In this document: positions 63,215 through 64,000 of the stretch, piece by piece | How positions within the stretch are numbered: position 1 is the first letter of the stretch | Layout: each line of letters starts with the position of its first letter | The notes under the pieces: model-generated | The model's database searches: none | What the model saw: the letters and a program-made list of their open reading frames with translations, nothing else | What the model was told of the DNA's origin: nothing | Made by a program: the position numbers and the translations under genes | Assembly (NCBI GenBank): GCA_963831295.1 | Contig: CAWHPR010000002.1 | Span: forward strand, 162,011-226,010 | Length of the DNA: 64,000 bases | Direction of reading: 5' to 3' | DNA from: an uncultured Thermoleophilia bacterium | GTDB lineage: Bacteria > Actinomycetota > Thermoleophilia > UBA2241

Positions 63215-63988
63215 GTGCTCCTCCCTCCCGACATCGGCCTGCCGAGCGACGTCTGGGAGCACCTACCGCTGGGCGCCGCCCTCGAGCGCGTCGCCGCGTT
63301 CACCGAGCTGTCCGAGATCTACTCCGGCGACGGTCACTCCCTTCTCACGCCCGAGAATCGCCGCGCCGCCCGCGAGAGCGGGTTGCGGCTCACCGTGCAC
63401 GGCCCCTGGGAGGACCTCGAGCCGGCGAGCACGGCCGAACGGCAGCGGCGGCGGACCGTCGCCACACACCGCCGGCACCTCGAGGCGGCGGCCGAGATAG
63501 GCGCCGTGTGCTACATCGTCCACCCCGACTACCAAGACCGTCCCCGGCGACGCGATCCGCGCCGGCTTGCCGCCCTGCAGCGTACGCTCGAGGACCTCAC
63601 CGGACTCCAGAAGGAGCTCGGCGTGCCGATCACCGTCGAGAACATGCCGGGGGCGGGGCGCTCGCTCTTCACGACCCCGGGCGACCTCGACCTGGGTGAG
63701 CTGGGGTTCGTCCTCGACACCGGTCACGCGGCGATCACCGGCGTCCTGCACGACTTCCTCTTCGCACCGCAGGCGCGTCTTCAGCACATACACCTGCACG
63801 ACAACCGCGGGCCCGCCGACTCGGACGACCCGCACATGCCGCTGGGCACGGGCGTGGTCGACGCCCGTTTGGTGCTGGCCGCGGCGCGTGCCGCGGGCGC
63901 CACCGTCATCCTCGAGCTGCTCGACGAGGACGCGGTGCACACCTCGATCGCCCACCTGCGGGCGAAAGGGCTGGTGCCGGGCGGCTGA
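63215..63988 (+). CDS. Sugar phosphate isomerase/epimerase (xylose isomerase-like TIM barrel)
   Basis: TVHGP, VHP, VENM, LDTGHA, HIHLHDN, H.PLG.G motifs. Confidence 0.88.
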   Translation: MLLPPDIGLPSDVWEHLPLGAALERVAAFTELSEIYSGDGHSLLTPENRRAARESGLRLTVHGPWEDLEPASTAERQRRRTVATHRRHLEAAAEIGAVCYIVHPDYQDRPRRRDPRRLAALQRTLEDLTGLQKELGVPITVENMPGAGRSLFTTPGDLDLGELGFVLDTGHAAITGVLHDFLFAPQARLQHIHLHDNRGPADSDDPHMPLGTGVVDARLVLAAARAAGATVILELLDEDAVHTSIAHLRAKGLVPGG

Positions 63989-64000
63989 CGCCGCCGGTCA

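Overview
Very high-GC bacterial chromosomal segment, most consistent with an anaerobic deep-branching Actinomycetota (Thermoleophilia/Coriobacteriia-like). This taxonomy is inferred from gene content and the Gram-positive-type LexA box. Almost all genes are on the minus strand. In order: folC-valS; clpX-clpP-tig; five tRNAs; corA; a translationally coupled lexA/Zn-ribbon/LysM operon with two SOS boxes; a histidine utilisation cluster (hutH, satP-like, hutU, hutI, ftcD, DUF1028); three tandem paralogous secreted proteins divergent from a protein O-mannosyltransferase; and a ~14 kb amino-acid catabolic cluster. That cluster holds OTCase, an arginine-synthetase-like enzyme, ornithine racemase, a radical SAM enzyme, two secreted clostripain-family proteases, B12-dependent D-ornithine 4,5-aminomutase with reactivase, OrtAB and Ord. 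Then come a GGDEF protein, AddAB, RNase P RNA, a pentose-phosphate operon headed by a 52-aa transketolase remnant, pntAB, a DAK2-DegV fusion and MoxR/VWA. Best candidate for a new system: a protease-fed arginine fermentation route joining arginine synthetase to oxidative ornithine degradation, with a shared 17-bp operator-like palindrome. Several single-base frameshifts are probably assembly errors. No CRISPR array, integrase or transposase was seen. All family calls come from motif recognition by eye, not database searches.
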